Shown here piece after piece: positions 40,143 through 55,116 of a stretch of DNA of 64,000 nucleotides. The translations under genes and the position numbers were made by a program. Where the stretch lies: the NCBI GenBank assembly GCA_951406725.2, contig OX597819.1:49290001-49354000 (forward strand), in the 5' to 3' direction. This DNA is from Octopus vulgaris (Eukaryota). Every line of letters begins with the position of its first letter. The stretch's first letter is position 1. The notes below the pieces were generated by a model. It had not been told where the DNA came from, ran no database searches, and saw nothing but the letters and a program-made list of their open reading frames with translations.

Positions 40143-40845
40143 GCAAACTGAGAATCATATCCTGTAACTGCTGATTTTTTTTTCACTTATCAGAAGAATG
40201 CTCAAATTTAAGGTTCCTTAAGTCCATTACTTAATAGCTTTAATAGGTTGTTTTAGTGAGCAACCTCACCTAATATCCAATTCCAAGTTGGTATATACAG
40301 TGTGTAAGAGAACTATTAAGATTTGTGAGTCATTTCTTAAATAACGTATATAAATAGCTTCTTATTGTATTGAAGGCCAGAGTTGAGCATAAAATATAAT
40401 TGATATCTATTTATTGGTCAAAGAAATTCGCTATATTTTATGACAACTAAGAATATCATATGTTAATTGTTTAGCCTCAGGTTAGCCCTGAATGAGTAAA
40501 CTTATGACCAGTAGCATTCCGGCTTGTATCTCCATCATCATTTTCATACATTAAAGTGTAATTTGAAGATTTGGCTAACTTTTCAAACAGATTGTGTATG
40601 GCCAGTGTTATACATACAAAATGATAGTGATATTTCAGATATATTATCCAGAAGTAACACATTTTAGAAGCTACAGTAATGATTTTCTGACTCGGCAGGT
40701 AACTTCATTTTCTTAGACGACCTAATTAATACTGGAATGGAAATTTATTGTCATAAATATAAAAGAAAGCAGATTGGATCTTTATTTGATAAGATACGGT
40801 ATTAAGATAAGGCTGATAAACAAGATAATCTTATGAATAAAATAG

Positions 40846-40849
<4 letters not shown>

Positions 40850-40877
<28 letters not shown>

Positions 40878-40882
40878 GTGCA

Positions 40883-40926
<44 letters not shown>

Positions 40927-40999
40927 CATGTGTGGTGCATGTGTGATTTGTGTGTGGTATGTGTGGTGTGTGTGTGTGTGGTGTGTGTTCGTGTGTGTG
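40850..40999. repeat. (GT)n microsatellite
   Basis: Direct reading. Confidence 0.95.
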
Positions 41000-43634
41000 G
41001 CCTATTTTCATAGCTCAGCTGTTGATCATTCACAACTAAAGCTTCATCTCCAAGTGTGACTTAATAATAGGCTTTATACAATATTCAAATATAATTTTTT
41101 TCTCATTTGAATTTTAGAAATTTCAAACATATGCCAGCTCTAAGCTTAAAACTGAATTTTCACATACCTAGTTCAGAATCACAATATCAATTGAATTAAT
41201 GAAACAGCAAAATGTTATAACACTACTCAATTATAAAAGTTCTTCTCATAATTAGCTTACTTTGCAGGTATAGACAGTTCTTGTTCTACATAAGTTCTTC
41301 ATTTCTTTAATACTGTAATATGGTTTTATTGCTAAACTTTTTTTTACACATTACTTCCTTAATTAAAACATGTTAAAAAATGGAGTGACATGTACACTTC
41401 TTTTATTTTTATCATTTTCCTTCACATTATTATATTTTTCAATATGGAGAAATTATTTAAATTATAATTTAAAGATTGTTTTATCCATCTTGATTATGAA
41501 ATTAAAGCTCTTAATTTTTTTTGTTTCATTTATTTTTGATAACCATGCAAATCTCTTTATATTTGCTATTACACTGTTAACTTTTACTTTCTTTTATCCA
41601 CATTTCTTTTTCAACTCAAATGCACCCATATTTAATGCAGTATTATGTTTTCTTTCGAACTCGTTATCTACTCACAGCTCTCTCTTTCCAAGCTCCCATT
41701 AGCCTTTATCTCAATACCTCTTTACACAGTTTGCTCAATAATTGTGATATATATATACACACACATATCGTTTATCTACAGTCTTTTAAGCACTACATTT
41801 ATAAGTCATCAGAACTTTATATCTGCTTTTCCATGCTTTCATGGGTTGAGCAGTTCTCACATTATTTTAGGACAAACATCATGATACTTCATCATCTGGT
41901 ATACATAACAAAAAGAAAACTGCCCATCTTTGTTTTGTATGTCCTCCATTTTGGTGTGGTTTTTATAGCTGGATGTCCTTTCTAACACCAACCATTTTAC
42001 AGTATAGACTTGGTACATTTTATCAAGCCATTGGCGTTAGGGATGTTGTCTGCTGCAAGACAACTAGAGAGTGCCTTTTATTATGTATTGGTGTTTTTAT
42101 TCAGAGTTAGCTTTCTCCTAAATGGGTTACCTGAATTAGAGCTTGTGGAGTTCAGATATCCTCTTTCATTTATTATGTTAGTTTTTTTATTTTATTTATT
42201 TATTATTATTTTTTTTTCTGCACAACCATACAACATTAAAATTAAAGAGAAACAGGTGTATTAGGAAGACAAATCTTGCTAGATGGAATGCTATCAGTTG
42301 TGACAAGAATCCATAGAACAAATATGAAGCATGTAATTTTTCTAGAATGTGAGGAAGAGTACAGCAAAATAGGCCATAGAAACAAGTGCAAAGCAGGCAC
42401 CTAAAGATCTATTGCCTTTGCCTTCCATTTCAAGAGACTATCATTTCCTGTTAAACATTTGCCACAAACAAGTCAGGAAAACTGTTTGAAAGAGACAGAA
42501 TTATATGGGACAGAAGTATGATTGCTAACTATTTGACATTCACAAAAGATTATGATAATACTAACATACCATTAGTAGCTTGATGATATTGTTAGTGATG
42601 TAGTTTAAATCAGCCCTAAATGGGAAATTTATGAAAAGCATTAAAAAAAGCATTCTATGACCAGCTTGTGGTGTGTTTTTTATGTATCCTATATCTAATA
42701 TCATAGTGTTCAATAGAGTCTTAGATATATCATTTAAAGTAGTATGTGATTTGAATATGTTAACCACCACTGGTGAGTCATTGCAAACTTCACACAACCG
42801 TTGTGTACCACTGGGGGTACATTTTCATGATTTGAGAAAATATTTTTACTCTGTATCTTTGACATGGTTTCAAGGATATTTAAATAACATGAATGCTAAC
42901 TATTAAAGTTTAATTATGAAATATTGCAAAAATGCAAAAACAATATTATATTTCCTTGTAATTAAACAGTAAGAGTATGATTGTGCAAAATATGTGGCAT
43001 CACCAGAAAATTCTAGTTACAAGCCATTGCACTTAACGTGTTATAGGAAATGTAGCTGTTATTTCTAGTAGATTGAATGACCTGTAGGGAGTCCTTTGTT
43101 GGCTTGTCATGTGAATACTGCTGCTGCTACAGCTAGACAGCTCTTATTAGTGCTGCTTGAGTAAACCAAGATCACTGAGGTAGATAGATGATCAACAACA
43201 TCTTTCAATAGGTTTACTAATAATGGACCAGAACAAGATAACTAATGAAGCATTAAGATGGCCATCACCTGGAGAAGTGAAAGCCTGGGTGGTCAAAGAA
43301 CACTTGACATGGAACTGTTGAAGGAGAACTGAAAGAAATGTGCTAGTGAGATGATGATAATGATGATGATGTTGATGATGATATGGTTGCCACATGTAGA
43401 TTGAGCGACAATCTATCTGGAATCTTTTTTCCTGTTTCAAGAACCAAACCAAATGTAAGAATCACTTTGCCCTCAATGAGCAGTGACAATGTTTAGTCCA
43501 AGAATTTGGCTATTTGAGCTTACATTTATTTTAGTATTTATAAATTATGGTGAAGAGTGAAAACATCAAATGCAGTGAGCAACCATATCCCTTTAAGCTG
43601 TTATAAACCAAATTCTGATTAAAGATGAACAAAA

Positions 43635-43804
43635 GGCACAGGATTGGCTGTGTGTTAAGTAGCTTGCTTACCAACCACATGGTGCTGGGTTCAGCCCCAC
43701 TGCATGGCACCTTGGGCAAGTGTCTTCTACTATAGCCTCAGGCTGACCAAAGTTCTTGTGAGTGGATTTGGTAGATGGAAACTGAAAGAAGCCCATCGTA
43801 TATA

Positions 43805-43857
<53 letters not shown>

Positions 43858-44077
43858 ATATGTTTGTATGTCTGTGTCCTCCCAGCATCACTTGACAACC
43901 AATACTGGTATGTTTACATCCCCATAACTTAGCAGTTTGGCAAAAGAGATTGATAATGTAAGTACTAGGCTTACAAAGAATAAATTCGGGGGGGGGGGGC
44001 GATTTGCTCGACTAAAAGCGGTGCTCCAGCATGGCCGCAGTCAAATGACTGAAACAAGTAAAACAAGTAAAAGAGTA
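43635..44077 (+). mobile_element. SINE family A copy, full length
   Basis: Head, (TA)n and tail all present; an internal poly-G run in the tail. Confidence 0.92.
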
Positions 44078-44393
44078 AATATATTATAATTTCAAGTACC
44101 AACAGAAGAACACTGTGTTATCTTTTTCTGCTGCTAATGCATAAATACAACTTTAATCTCTTATTCCTGATTCTGTTACCAATTCAGCCAAAGCTCTCGT
44201 ATACACACCGCTTTCTATATTTATAGACAGGTTTTAACATGCATGATAAGTAGTTGCTCATCAATTGCAAATAGGGTTATGGATACTCTTCTTTATCATT
44301 CTTTTCACATTTTATCAGTTATCAGGTTTACTAACATATCCATCCAAGAGCTACTATTATTAGATTGTATTGCTTTACATTAGATTGACTTAC

Positions 44394-44424
<31 letters not shown>

Positions 44425-44610
44425 CATACATGTGTGTGTATTTGTGTCTGAGTACATGCATATAAATTACCATACTAGACATAGATATAAGTACATTTAC
44501 ACACTCCTCTCTGCATACAAATATAGATATATAGATAGATATACACACTCCTGTTCAAACAGAAAATCCAAATACTAAGAACTATAAAGATAATTTGCTT
44601 TGAGCTAAAA

Positions 44611-44660
<50 letters not shown>

Positions 44661-44902
44661 ATATAAAATAGTAAGATATGTTTATTGATTGCTTAATACG
44701 TGCTTTCTGGCATCTTCGATTATTTACAAGCCTTATTCTCAATTTTACACATGATTTCCCTTACAATTGTAGTACACAGTAAATATGCCACAAATTTGAC
44801 CAGTTCACTGCAACTTAACAATTCATCTTTTCACACATTTCACAAAGTAAAGCTATGCAATAAGCATGGTGTTGACAACACTCTTAGGAGCAATGAAGGA
44901 AG

Positions 44903-44906
44903 CAAA

Positions 44907-44945
<39 letters not shown>

Positions 44946-45029
44946 ATGAATAAAGTGTAAATCTCTCAATCCTCAGTTTTATCATCATCATCATCATCAT
45001 TATCATTATTATCATCATCATCATTATTG

Positions 45030-45087
<58 letters not shown>

Positions 45088-45269
45088 CCTTATTATTATT
45101 ATTGTTGTTATTATTATTATTATTATCATTATTTTTATTATTATTATTATCATTATATTTATTATTATTATTATCCTTATTATTATTATTATTATTATTG
45201 TTGTTATTATTATTATTATTATTATCCTTATTATTATTATTATTATTGTTATTATTATTATTATTATTA

Positions 45270-45303
<34 letters not shown>

Positions 45304-45321
45304 CATCATCGTTATTATTAT
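44903..45321. repeat. (AAAT)n plus long (ATC)/(ATT)n microsatellite
   Basis: Direct reading; source of the poly-I/L ORFs. Confidence 0.95.
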
Positions 45322-45769
45322 TGCTGTTGATCTTTATAGTCTTTCTAGTCAGCTAACTTCTGCATATTCATACATTTCTTTCTTCTGTATCAATGGTTTT
45401 ATCATTTGTCTGACCTTAAGAGTGTTTGCAAAGGAAAATATCATTACATACATGTGTTACCATAGATGTTGGCCTAGATATTCCTTTTATGCAATATTTT
45501 ATGATTTTACTGGTTTCAATCATTGGATTCAGCCATGCTGGTGCACAACCTACAATAGTCTTTTCTGTTTTCTTTTTCTTTTCTTTTTTTTTTTTTTTTT
45601 GGTTAGTTGCAATCATATCAGCATAAGTAGCTATTTCATTCTGATACTTATTTTATCACTCCCTATTTATTGAATGGCTAAGTTACCTTTTGACATATAA
45701 GAAATGCACACTCAATACACTTGTTTACACTGATACACACATGTATGCACACAAATATATGCATATATT

Positions 45770-46100
45770 CTTTTATTCTTTTATTTGCTTCAATCATCAC
45801 ATGCTAGGGCTCTGCCTTAAAGAATCAACCACAGTACTCATTTTTTGCTTAAAGCCTGGTACTCATTCTATCAGTCCCTTTTGCTGAACCACTAAGTTAC
45901 AGAAACGCAAACACACCAACACTTGGTGTCAAGCATTGATGGGAGACAAACACAGACACATACATAAATGATGATGATGATGATGATGACATATACTACA
46001 ACCAAATCCTCTCACAAGGTTTTGGTTGACCTAAGGCTATAGTAGAAGACACTTGCCCAAGGAATCATGCAATGGGACTGAACCTGGAACCATGTGGTTG
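45770..46100 (-). mobile_element. SINE family A copy (diverged); another partial copy at ~46410-46570
   Basis: gaagacacttgcccaagg...gggactgaacctggaaccatgtggttgg. Confidence 0.8.
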
Positions 46101-47129
46101 GGATGTATATTGTTCATTTTTACAGCCTTTTCTCCATGCTAACATGAGTTACACAAGTAACTTTATAGAGGCATTCTTTTTACTGCCAGATGCCCTTCTT
46201 GTCACTAACCTTCACTGTTTTCAAAGTAAAGGTTCTTTCATTTCACACATCTTCAAAAGCTCAAAGCCATCAAACAATTTGCTGACAGAAGAATTGACAA
46301 TAATATCACCACTTTTAGCTTGCAAGTTTCTAAGAAGCACAAATGTATACAAACAGAGACACACACATGCATGCACACACATACTCACATACATGTTATG
46401 CATAACATATATGATGAGCTTCTTTCAGTCTCCATCTATCAAATTCACTCACAAAGCTTTAGTCAACCCAGGACAATAGTAGAAGACACTTGTATATGGT
46501 GCCATGCAGTGAGACTGAACTTGAGACTGAATACTTGAAAAGTGAACTTCTTAACCAAATGGCCATGCCTGAACAGTTTTCTTCCACTAAATTTCACTCA
46601 AAAAGCATTGTTTTACCCAAGGTATCAGTAAACAAGTTACCCAAGGTAACAATGTAGTGAAAATGCCCTGTAATTCTTTGGCCACTACTGAAAATTTTGT
46701 CTCCATGAAATTCCTCCAAAACAAAAACAAAAAGAAGACAACTTAGCAGAGCACATCTTATTCCAGGTTATTGAAAATGATTTCAAACAAAGGTATGAGG
46801 TGTAAGTAAAATAAAGTGAAAAGGCTCAACTGTGAATTGATCCTGCATTTCAGACTCAGCTGAAAATTTAATTACTGCCACTTAACAGTGTACACACACT
46901 CTCTTTCACAAGCACAAATGTATTCACACTCTTACATACACACTCACACACATAAAAATACTCTCATTTGTATCTTTATAAATAAATATATGATTTGGAT
47001 TTTTCACCTGGTTGTAGAACAACAAACTACTGACAACAGAAAAGTTCTTGAAGAATTAGGTAGACTATGGCAGCAAGTAGAGAACATGGATAACATTTTG
47101 CACTATGAGTGAGATTTAAATGGCAAACA

Positions 47130-47508
47130 TGGTTCTGGGTTCAGTCCCACTGCATGGCACCTCGGGCAAGTGTCTTCTACTATAGCCTCGGGCCAACCAA
47201 AGCCTTGTGAGTGGATTTGGTAGACGGAAACTGAAAGAAGCCCGTCGTATATATGTGTATATATATATATATGTATGTGTGTCTATATGTTTGCTGTCTG
47301 TGTTTGTCCCCACCAGTATTACTTGACAACTGATGCTGGTGTGTTTACGTCCCTGTAACTTAGCGGTTCGGCAAAAGAGACCGATAGAATAAGTACTAGG
47401 CTTACAAAGAATAAGTCCTGGGGTCGATTTGCTCGACTAAAAGGCGCTGCTCCAGCATGGCCACAGTCAAATGACTGAAACAAATAAAAGAGTAAAAGAG
47501 TAAAGAGT
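47130..47508 (+). mobile_element. SINE family A copy, 5'-truncated, low divergence
   Basis: Near-consensus with CpGs retained; catggtt occurs at both junctions. Confidence 0.92.
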
Positions 47509-48483
47509 CATGGTTAGAACGTCCTTGAATAGATCCCTGAGGGGGATTTCATCAGGCAGGAGTACAAAGTTTCTTTCAAACTCCCTTCTCTTCTGCAAAT
47601 ACTAGTTTTTAATATATGCAAACATTCACTGAGATCCCAGGACATTCTCAGATCCAGCTACAATGTACCCCCTGGTCTTCCATCTCATAGGCAGTGCCTT
47701 TGATCACAGGTCTGCTTGATCACAACTGACCCAAGGCTAAACAACAACAATATCGTTACATATGTAAATGAGTTCAAATGTAATTATGTATTCAGGACAG
47801 CAGATATTATATTTATTTAAATGATTCTTCCATATTAATATTAATGAATTTTTGTCTTGGTGGCTATGGTAAGAGATAACTACAACAACAATAACCACAA
47901 TTTATACTTAGTACCAATTCTTTTGTTGTTGCAAATATGGCAATAAATAGTTATAGCAGCTGCTACAAGTTTGACATCACCATTTGCCAGCGACATCAGC
48001 AAAATCAAAAATTTCAGACTGATAAGGAAATCTCTATGCAAAATCTACAAGGAATATTAACCTACTAGAGGCTGCATAAGGTTGACAACTATGCAAAACC
48101 TACTAGAAATAGTAGCAAAATCTCCCTCAAATCGCACTCAACCATTTTTTTAAAAAAAAAAAAAAGCAAACGACATATTGAGTAAGCAGGCCTAGATATT
48201 CTTAAAAACGCTGAGGAAATTATGGCTGGAATGCCTTCTTCGATCAACACTGACATTGAGTAGGAGAGTGAAGCAACAACAAAAATATTGATTGCTGAAA
48301 CACTATAAGTAACAACACTAAGTAGAACAACAAGTAATGATTATAATGACATCAATTAAAATAGCATCAATACAATAACGCGAACTGCTACAACAACAAG
48401 TGTAGTAAAATGGTAACACATCTAGTAACAATAAATGACAATTATTGCAGCAGTGTTGCCACAACTACAACATCAGTCATTAC

Positions 48484-48545
<62 letters not shown>

Positions 48546-48560
48546 TAATAATAATAATGA
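48484..48560. repeat. (AAT)n microsatellite
   Basis: Direct reading. Confidence 0.95.
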
Positions 48561-49439
48561 CAATAACATCATCAGCAACAACTGCATTAACAATTTCTTT
48601 TGAATTATTACAAAAACCAATAAACATCAATATTTTGTTGGCATTTAAGATGTCAACATGGGAGAATAGATAAAACATAGAGTGGACTCCAGGATGAAAT
48701 GGACATAGTACAGTGATGAGAGTTGAACTAGATTTTATAATGCATTCAGTCTGGCTTGTTTCATTTGCACAATAAATATGAAAGTCACAAAAAAAAAAAA
48801 AAAATAAATAAAATAAATTCTTAGTAACAACAACAACAGAAACAACAGCAAGGCAGCCTCAATGTGGTTGCTCAGCTTGCTAGAAATAGTTGCAAAACAC
48901 TGTCAACTTTCAAATTACTAGGAAGGACACTTTGGATAATTATGTCCTGAAACAGACTGAATGATTGAATGAATGAATGAATGAATGGGATGGGTCATGT
49001 CTAGAATATCTTTAAATGTAGGTGCAACAGTGAAATCGTAATCAGTGAAAAATAAATTAAGAAAATCAAAAGATACTAATAAAACAACAGAATCTTAAGC
49101 ATGGCTTATCAATCATTTTACTACTACTACTGCTACTACTACTACCACCACCACTACCACCATCACAACCACTCAGTAGTAGTAGTAGTTTCAAATGTTG
49201 GTATAAGGCCACCAATTTCTGGAGAAGGGAGTAAGTCTATGATTACATTGACTCCAGTACTTGACTGTTACTTATTTCATTGACCCCTGATAGGATGATA
49301 GACTAAGTTGACTTTAGTGGTATTTGAACTCGAAAAGTAAAGAACTGGGAGAAATGTCTTTTGTCCAAAACTCTAACAATTCAACTAGCTTGCTGCTTTA
49401 ACAATAACAACAATAATAGTTTCTAATCTTGACATAAGT

Positions 49440-49690
49440 AGAGGTGCAATGGCCCAGTGGTTAGGGTAGCGGACTCATGGTCGGAGGATCGTGGTTTCAA
49501 TTCCCAGACTGGGTGTTTTGTGTGTTTATTGAGCAAAAACACCTAAAAGCTCCACAAGGCTCCAGCAGGGGGTGGTGGCAACCCCTGTTGTACTCTTTCA
49601 CACCAACTTTCTCTCACACTTTCTTCCTGTTTCTTGCAATGGATTGGCGTCCCGTCCAGCTGGGGAAACACATATGCCATATGCATCAAA
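49440..49690 (+). mobile_element. SINE family C copy inserted among family B copies
   Basis: tggcccagtggttaggg...gtttcaattcccagac...ttgagcaaaaacacctaaaagctcc; ttgacataag on both sides (possible TSD). Confidence 0.85.
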
Positions 49691-49905
49691 AAAAAATTTT
49701 GACATAAGGCAAACAATTTTGAGTGGGGTTTAGTTGAGTACATGGTACTCCAAGAAACACAAAAGGCAAAGTTGACATCAGCAAGATTTTAACATGGAAC
49801 GTAAAGAGCTGGGACAAATACCACAAGGCACTTTTCTGATGTTCTAATGATTCAGCTAGTCTACCTCTGCCTCCTCCTCCTCCTCCTAATAATAATAATA
49901 ATAAT

Positions 49906-50098
49906 TCTTTTATTTGTTTCAGTCATGTGACTGCAGCCATGCTGGAGCACCGCCTTTAGTTGAGCAAATCGAACCCAGGACTTATTCTTTGTAAGCCTAG
50001 TACTTATTCTATTGGTCCCTCTTGCTGAACCGCTAGATGACGGGGACGTAAACACACCATCACTAGTTGTCAAGCAATGTTGGGGGGGACAAACACAG

Positions 50099-50133
<35 letters not shown>

Positions 50134-50288
50134 CGACGGGCCTCTTTCAGTTTCCATCTGCCAAATCCACTTTGGTTGGCCCGAGGCTGTAGTAGAAGAC
50201 ACTTGCTCAAGGTTTCACGCAGTGGAACTGAACCTAGAACCATGTGGTTGGTAAGCAAGCTACTTGCCACACAGCCACTCCTGCACCT
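49906..50288 (-). mobile_element. SINE family A copy inserted in an (AAT)n tract
   Basis: Near-consensus reverse complement with (AAT)n on both flanks. Confidence 0.92.
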
Positions 50289-50309
50289 AAATAATAATAA
50301 TAATAATAA

Positions 50310-50500
50310 TTTTGGCTCAAGACCAGCAATTTTAGGAGAGAGGTATGTCAATTACTCGACTATCCAGTACTCAACTGGGATAGTCCCTGAAAGGATGGAA
50401 GGCAAAGTTGACCTTGGCAGGATTTGAACTCAGAATATAAAAAGCCAGAAGAAATGCCACTGAGCATTCTGTCCAGTGTAGTAATGATTCTGTCAGATTG
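50310..50500 (-). mobile_element. SINE family B copy
   Basis: gaaaggatggaaggcaaagttgacc...gatttgaactcag. Confidence 0.75.
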
Positions 50501-50502
50501 CT

Positions 50503-50581
<79 letters not shown>

Positions 50582-50605
50582 CTGCAGCAGCAGCAGCAGC
50601 AGCAG
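50501..50605. repeat. (CAG)n-(TAG)n-(CAG)n microsatellite
   Basis: Direct reading. Confidence 0.95.
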
Positions 50606-53600
50606 AAGCAACATAAAAATTTTTTATGTATTTCAACCTTAAAGACATTTCTGACAATTAGGAAATCTATGATTATTTCTAAAAGATGATTTTTTTTGGT
50701 AGGGGTCTTTTGTTTCTTTTTTTAAATATATATCACTAAATTTAATTCTACCAAGTGTTGTTGAGTCATTTAGCACAGTGTAATGGATCTTATCATTTAT
50801 AATTAATATTATAATTTATTAGATATGACATCAAATAATTATTCTTTCAATCAAGAGCTAAGAGAATATGAAGAGAGGAAAAAAAGAGTTTCAATGAAAA
50901 TACAGATGATTTAATCCTCTATAAATGCCACATTATCCAATCTTAAAGTACTACATCATTTAAATTTTAATCCTAAAACAGAACTTGTAAAATTTTTATG
51001 TTTTCTTTTCCTTCTTTTTGAATGTAAAAAACAAAATTCAATCTTTATTAATTTTTTTCCACTCAGATGAAGAATGTGATTGTTTTATTGAGTTCTGAAT
51101 CTTTTGGGAGGGAAAAATAAGAAGTTGGAGATTTATGCCTTTCTTAGTGGTATTAGGTAATATAAGTGATGCAATTCCAACTGAAAATTGAAACTAGTTC
51201 ACATAGATTCAGCTCAGAAAAAAACTTACTTATTGCAGTTCAGTGCAGCTGATACTAAATAATTCATTGAAGGGGTAGGACACATAGGAATTATTTTTAT
51301 GTTATGTAATGAGATTAGAAGAAATTGATATGTCGTTTCTTCTTATCCAGTACTTATTAGATTATTTTACAAAGAATTTGGGGGATTATTTGATTAAAAA
51401 AAAACATTATTGGATAATAAAAATTTCATTGACAATGTTTCTTAAATTGAATTTCAAAGTGAAAGTCTTTTGAATTTGTCAAACCTCTCACACTTTACAA
51501 AAAAAAAAAAACCATATTCCATGTCATTGTACATGCTTTTTTTCTTTCCCTTCTTTTTTTATATTTCAATAAATCCTAGAATAAATAAATTAATTTGTTT
51601 TCAAGTTTCAGTTTTAAATTAATAAAGTAATGAAATAGAAAGTAATTTTTTGAATATAACATTTTGCAGATAGAAAAGAATCTTTCTTAAGAAATGTCAA
51701 CGCATATAAACCTAACACTGAAACCATAGAAAAAGATACTTGGAGCAACAGAACAAATAATAATAAACAGACAGAATTTGAGCTTAAGAAAAGAGCTTAA
51801 GAGAAAGGATAATCAAACTTGATTCATACTTGGGGATTAACCCTTTACAGACAAACAAAATATATGCTAAGACTTCTTATCACTCCAAAATGGTTTTACC
51901 AACCTACACTAGATTCAACTTTTCTAGTGAAGCAACCAATTATTCTGCAACATTGATAACTGAAAATTTTACATGAATAGAATTTGGAGATATAATATTG
52001 ATACAGTGTCCTAAAGGATGCAGTATTCTAAATGATGCAACAGTTTTGTGAAAGAAGGAATGATGAGCCATTATGGGTATTTTTTAATCAGCTATGTTAA
52101 TACATGTACACATTATGCACACACACAAACAAAAATTCATTCACATGGATAATGTGTGTGTGTGTATGCGTGTGTGTGGTATGAGACACACACACACACA
52201 CAGATGCACAAAATAAAATAAAAGCTGTGTAACTCTTCTGCAAAAAGAGATAAAAAAGCAGATCTCTTATCAACAGGAGTCAACAGAATAAAACATCTTC
52301 ATATGAAAATAATGATAAAACTCAAAGCATATGTTTAACAACCTGAAAGAAATTACTTAATAAAAATGCCTTCAATTAAACATTTGCTTCAGTTGGGGGA
52401 AGAAATAACAAACCCTAAAATATTAATATTTCATTTATAAAAGATGTTATTTTGATTAAGCCTAACTCTTGTATTTCCCTCCTTTTTTTTACCCCCTCTC
52501 CCACTTCTTTTTGTTGTTTTTTTTTGTTATGCAAGTTTTACAGTAATTTTCAATTAAAAAAAGAAAAGAAAGAAATGAACAGAATAAACAATAAACATAC
52601 CAAAAAACAGCAGAGTGTGTTTAGTGTCGAAAAAAACAAAAATTAGATGAATATCTTGGAGCCAACTTCAATCTGTTAATTCCTCTTCTCTGCTGCCGAA
52701 TGGAGTCAGCGAAGGAAGAAAAAAATACACTCCCCTCTGTCAGCAACAGTGGTTGTGGCAGAATAAACTTGAGAGCTTGCTAGACTGTATCTATCCAATA
52801 CTGCAAGCGTTTGATGGTAGCGGCCACAGTATCGACAGAGTGGTGTGCCCTTTCAGTAAATGCATCAGCTCTGCTACCATGCCTACATTCCATAACAATT
52901 TTTCACCAATCTTAGCTGCCATGTAATAAAAAAAAAAAGGAAAAAGTAGAAAAAAAAAGCTGGTAGGCGGCTGGCTGTGGGTAGGAGAGAGGGAGAAGGA
53001 GGGAGAGAGAGAAAGGGAGAGGAGTTGGTGGTGTGTTGCTGATGATGAAACTGAAGCTAGCATGCTTACTTACACATGGGCTGCCTTGTATTAATACCAA
53101 AGGAAGTTTCTATCACTATCATCCTTAATAACAGTACACTAGCTCCAAAATAGGTTTAAGAGAGAGTGAGTGAGTGAGTGAGTGAGTGAGAAAGAGAGCT
53201 AGGAAAGATTGCTTATCAGTTAAGTTTGATTTGAATAAGGAGATGAACAGGGGAATAAGAGAGGGAAAGAGAGAGACAGAGGCAGAGATGAGAAAGCAGG
53301 GAGAGACTGAGTGAGACAGACTGACAGAGGATAAGCATTAGGAAAATAAAAACAGAAACAAAGAGGAAAGTGGAAGGAGAAAAAAAAAAGCAACATATAA
53401 TATTGAGAGCGGATGAGTATTTTAACATTCAGTGATTAGATAGAAGAAGAGATGGCTGAACAGAGAGAAGGGAGAACATGGCTTAAGATGATAGCATCCT
53501 TCAGTTGGAGTACATATGCACACACACACATACACACATATACTATACAGATCACATATATATTATACACATGTACATATATATTGTACACACACATATA

Positions 53601-54067
53601 TATATATATATATATTGTACATACACACATACATATATACTATATGCACACATACACATGTATTATGCACACATACATACATACATACATACATCTGTGT
53701 GTGTATTTGTGGGGGCTGTGGAGATTAAGTAAGAGATTAAAAGCGATGAATTTGAATGACTTGTGGTGATGGTGTTAGTGAAATCCATATCCTAACTTGA
53801 GGAAATGTTGTTTGAAATTGAATAACAGATTGATTGCAGTATCAGTATTAATGGAAAAGGCATAAATGCCACAACTGCCTTCCTCCCTAACATATGTAAA
53901 TACGTAGCTTGATATCTTTGTGTAAAGTGATGCTAATTCTTATAAAAACAGTAGAAATAGCACTCATGCTAGAGGAACAATCCAGCTGCTTTATGATGTC
54001 CTTTAGTTTGTTAGCTCAAGTTTTGAAGATCAAATCCTCCAAGACTCATTTAAAAATTTTTCATTCT

Positions 54068-54248
54068 GCGCAGGAGTGGCTGTGTGGTAAGTAGCTTGCT
54101 TACCAGTCACATGGTTCCGGGTTCAGTCCCACTGCGTGGTACCTTGGGCAAGTGTCTTCTACTATAGCCTTGGGCCGACCAAAGCCTTGTGAGTGGATTT
54201 GGTAGACGGAAACTGAAAGAAGCCCGTCGTATATATATATATGTGTTT

Positions 54249-54279
<31 letters not shown>

Positions 54280-54491
54280 AGTGTACGTATGTTTGTGTGT
54301 CATTGTTTGTCCCCCAACATCGCTTGACAACCGATGCTGGTGTGTTTACATCCCCGTAACTTAGCGGCTCGTCAAAAGAGACCAATAGAATAAGTACTAG
54401 GCTTACAAAGAATAAGTCCTGGGGTCGATTTGCTCGACTAAAGGCGGTGCTCCAGCATGGCCGCAGTCAAATGACTGAAACAAGTAAAAGA
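54068..54491 (+). mobile_element. SINE family A copy, full length, very low divergence
   Basis: Complete head with CpGs, (TA)/(TG)n and tail. Confidence 0.95.
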
Positions 54492-54561
54492 ATATATAAG
54501 AATAAAAGAAAAAGTATGCTGAGCTTGATCTGGAGAAATTTCCCTATCTTTCTTCACAATT

Positions 54562-54875
54562 GTGAAGGCATGTGGTTTAGTGGTTAGAGTAACCAGCTTA
54601 TGATTGCAAAGTCATGAGTTCGATTCCTGGCAGTGTGTTGTGTCACTTTTATTTTACATTGCTCCAGTCCACTCAGCTGGCAAAAACGAGTTGTAGCTGT
54701 AATTCAAAAGGCCAGCCTTGTCCCATTCTGTGTCGCACTGAATCTCCCTGAGAACTCCATTAAGGGTACACATGTCTGTGGAGTGCTCAGCTACTTGCAC
54801 GTTAATTTCCATAGCAGGCTGTTCCATTGATCCAATCAACTGAAACTCTCATTGTCATAACCAATAAAGTGCCAG
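54562..54875 (+). mobile_element. C-related SINE copy
   Basis: tggtttagtgg A box, gagttcgattcc B box, cattgctccagtccactcagctgg. Confidence 0.7.
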
Positions 54876-55116
54876 TTTTTTTTTTTTCAAAATTAGCTTT
54901 GTGCTAAATTAAAAAGTAAACTAAATTCATCTACCAGTTTATACTACCATCTGGCATATGGGTGCCTTTAACGAGGTCCACTCTGTTTGAACACTTAGAA
55001 CACATGTAAGTTTAACTTATAAATTATTCCCCACTCCCCACTACCTCTTCTTTGTTCCCCTATCAGTCACTGAGCCCTTGCAAAAAGGTGCTGCCCTTTT
55101 GTGTCTCTATTGTATT

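Noticed and set aside
54068-54145. tRNA-like A/B boxes in SINE heads as possible tRNA genes
   Set aside because: They continue into SINE bodies and I see no convincing cloverleaf or terminator.
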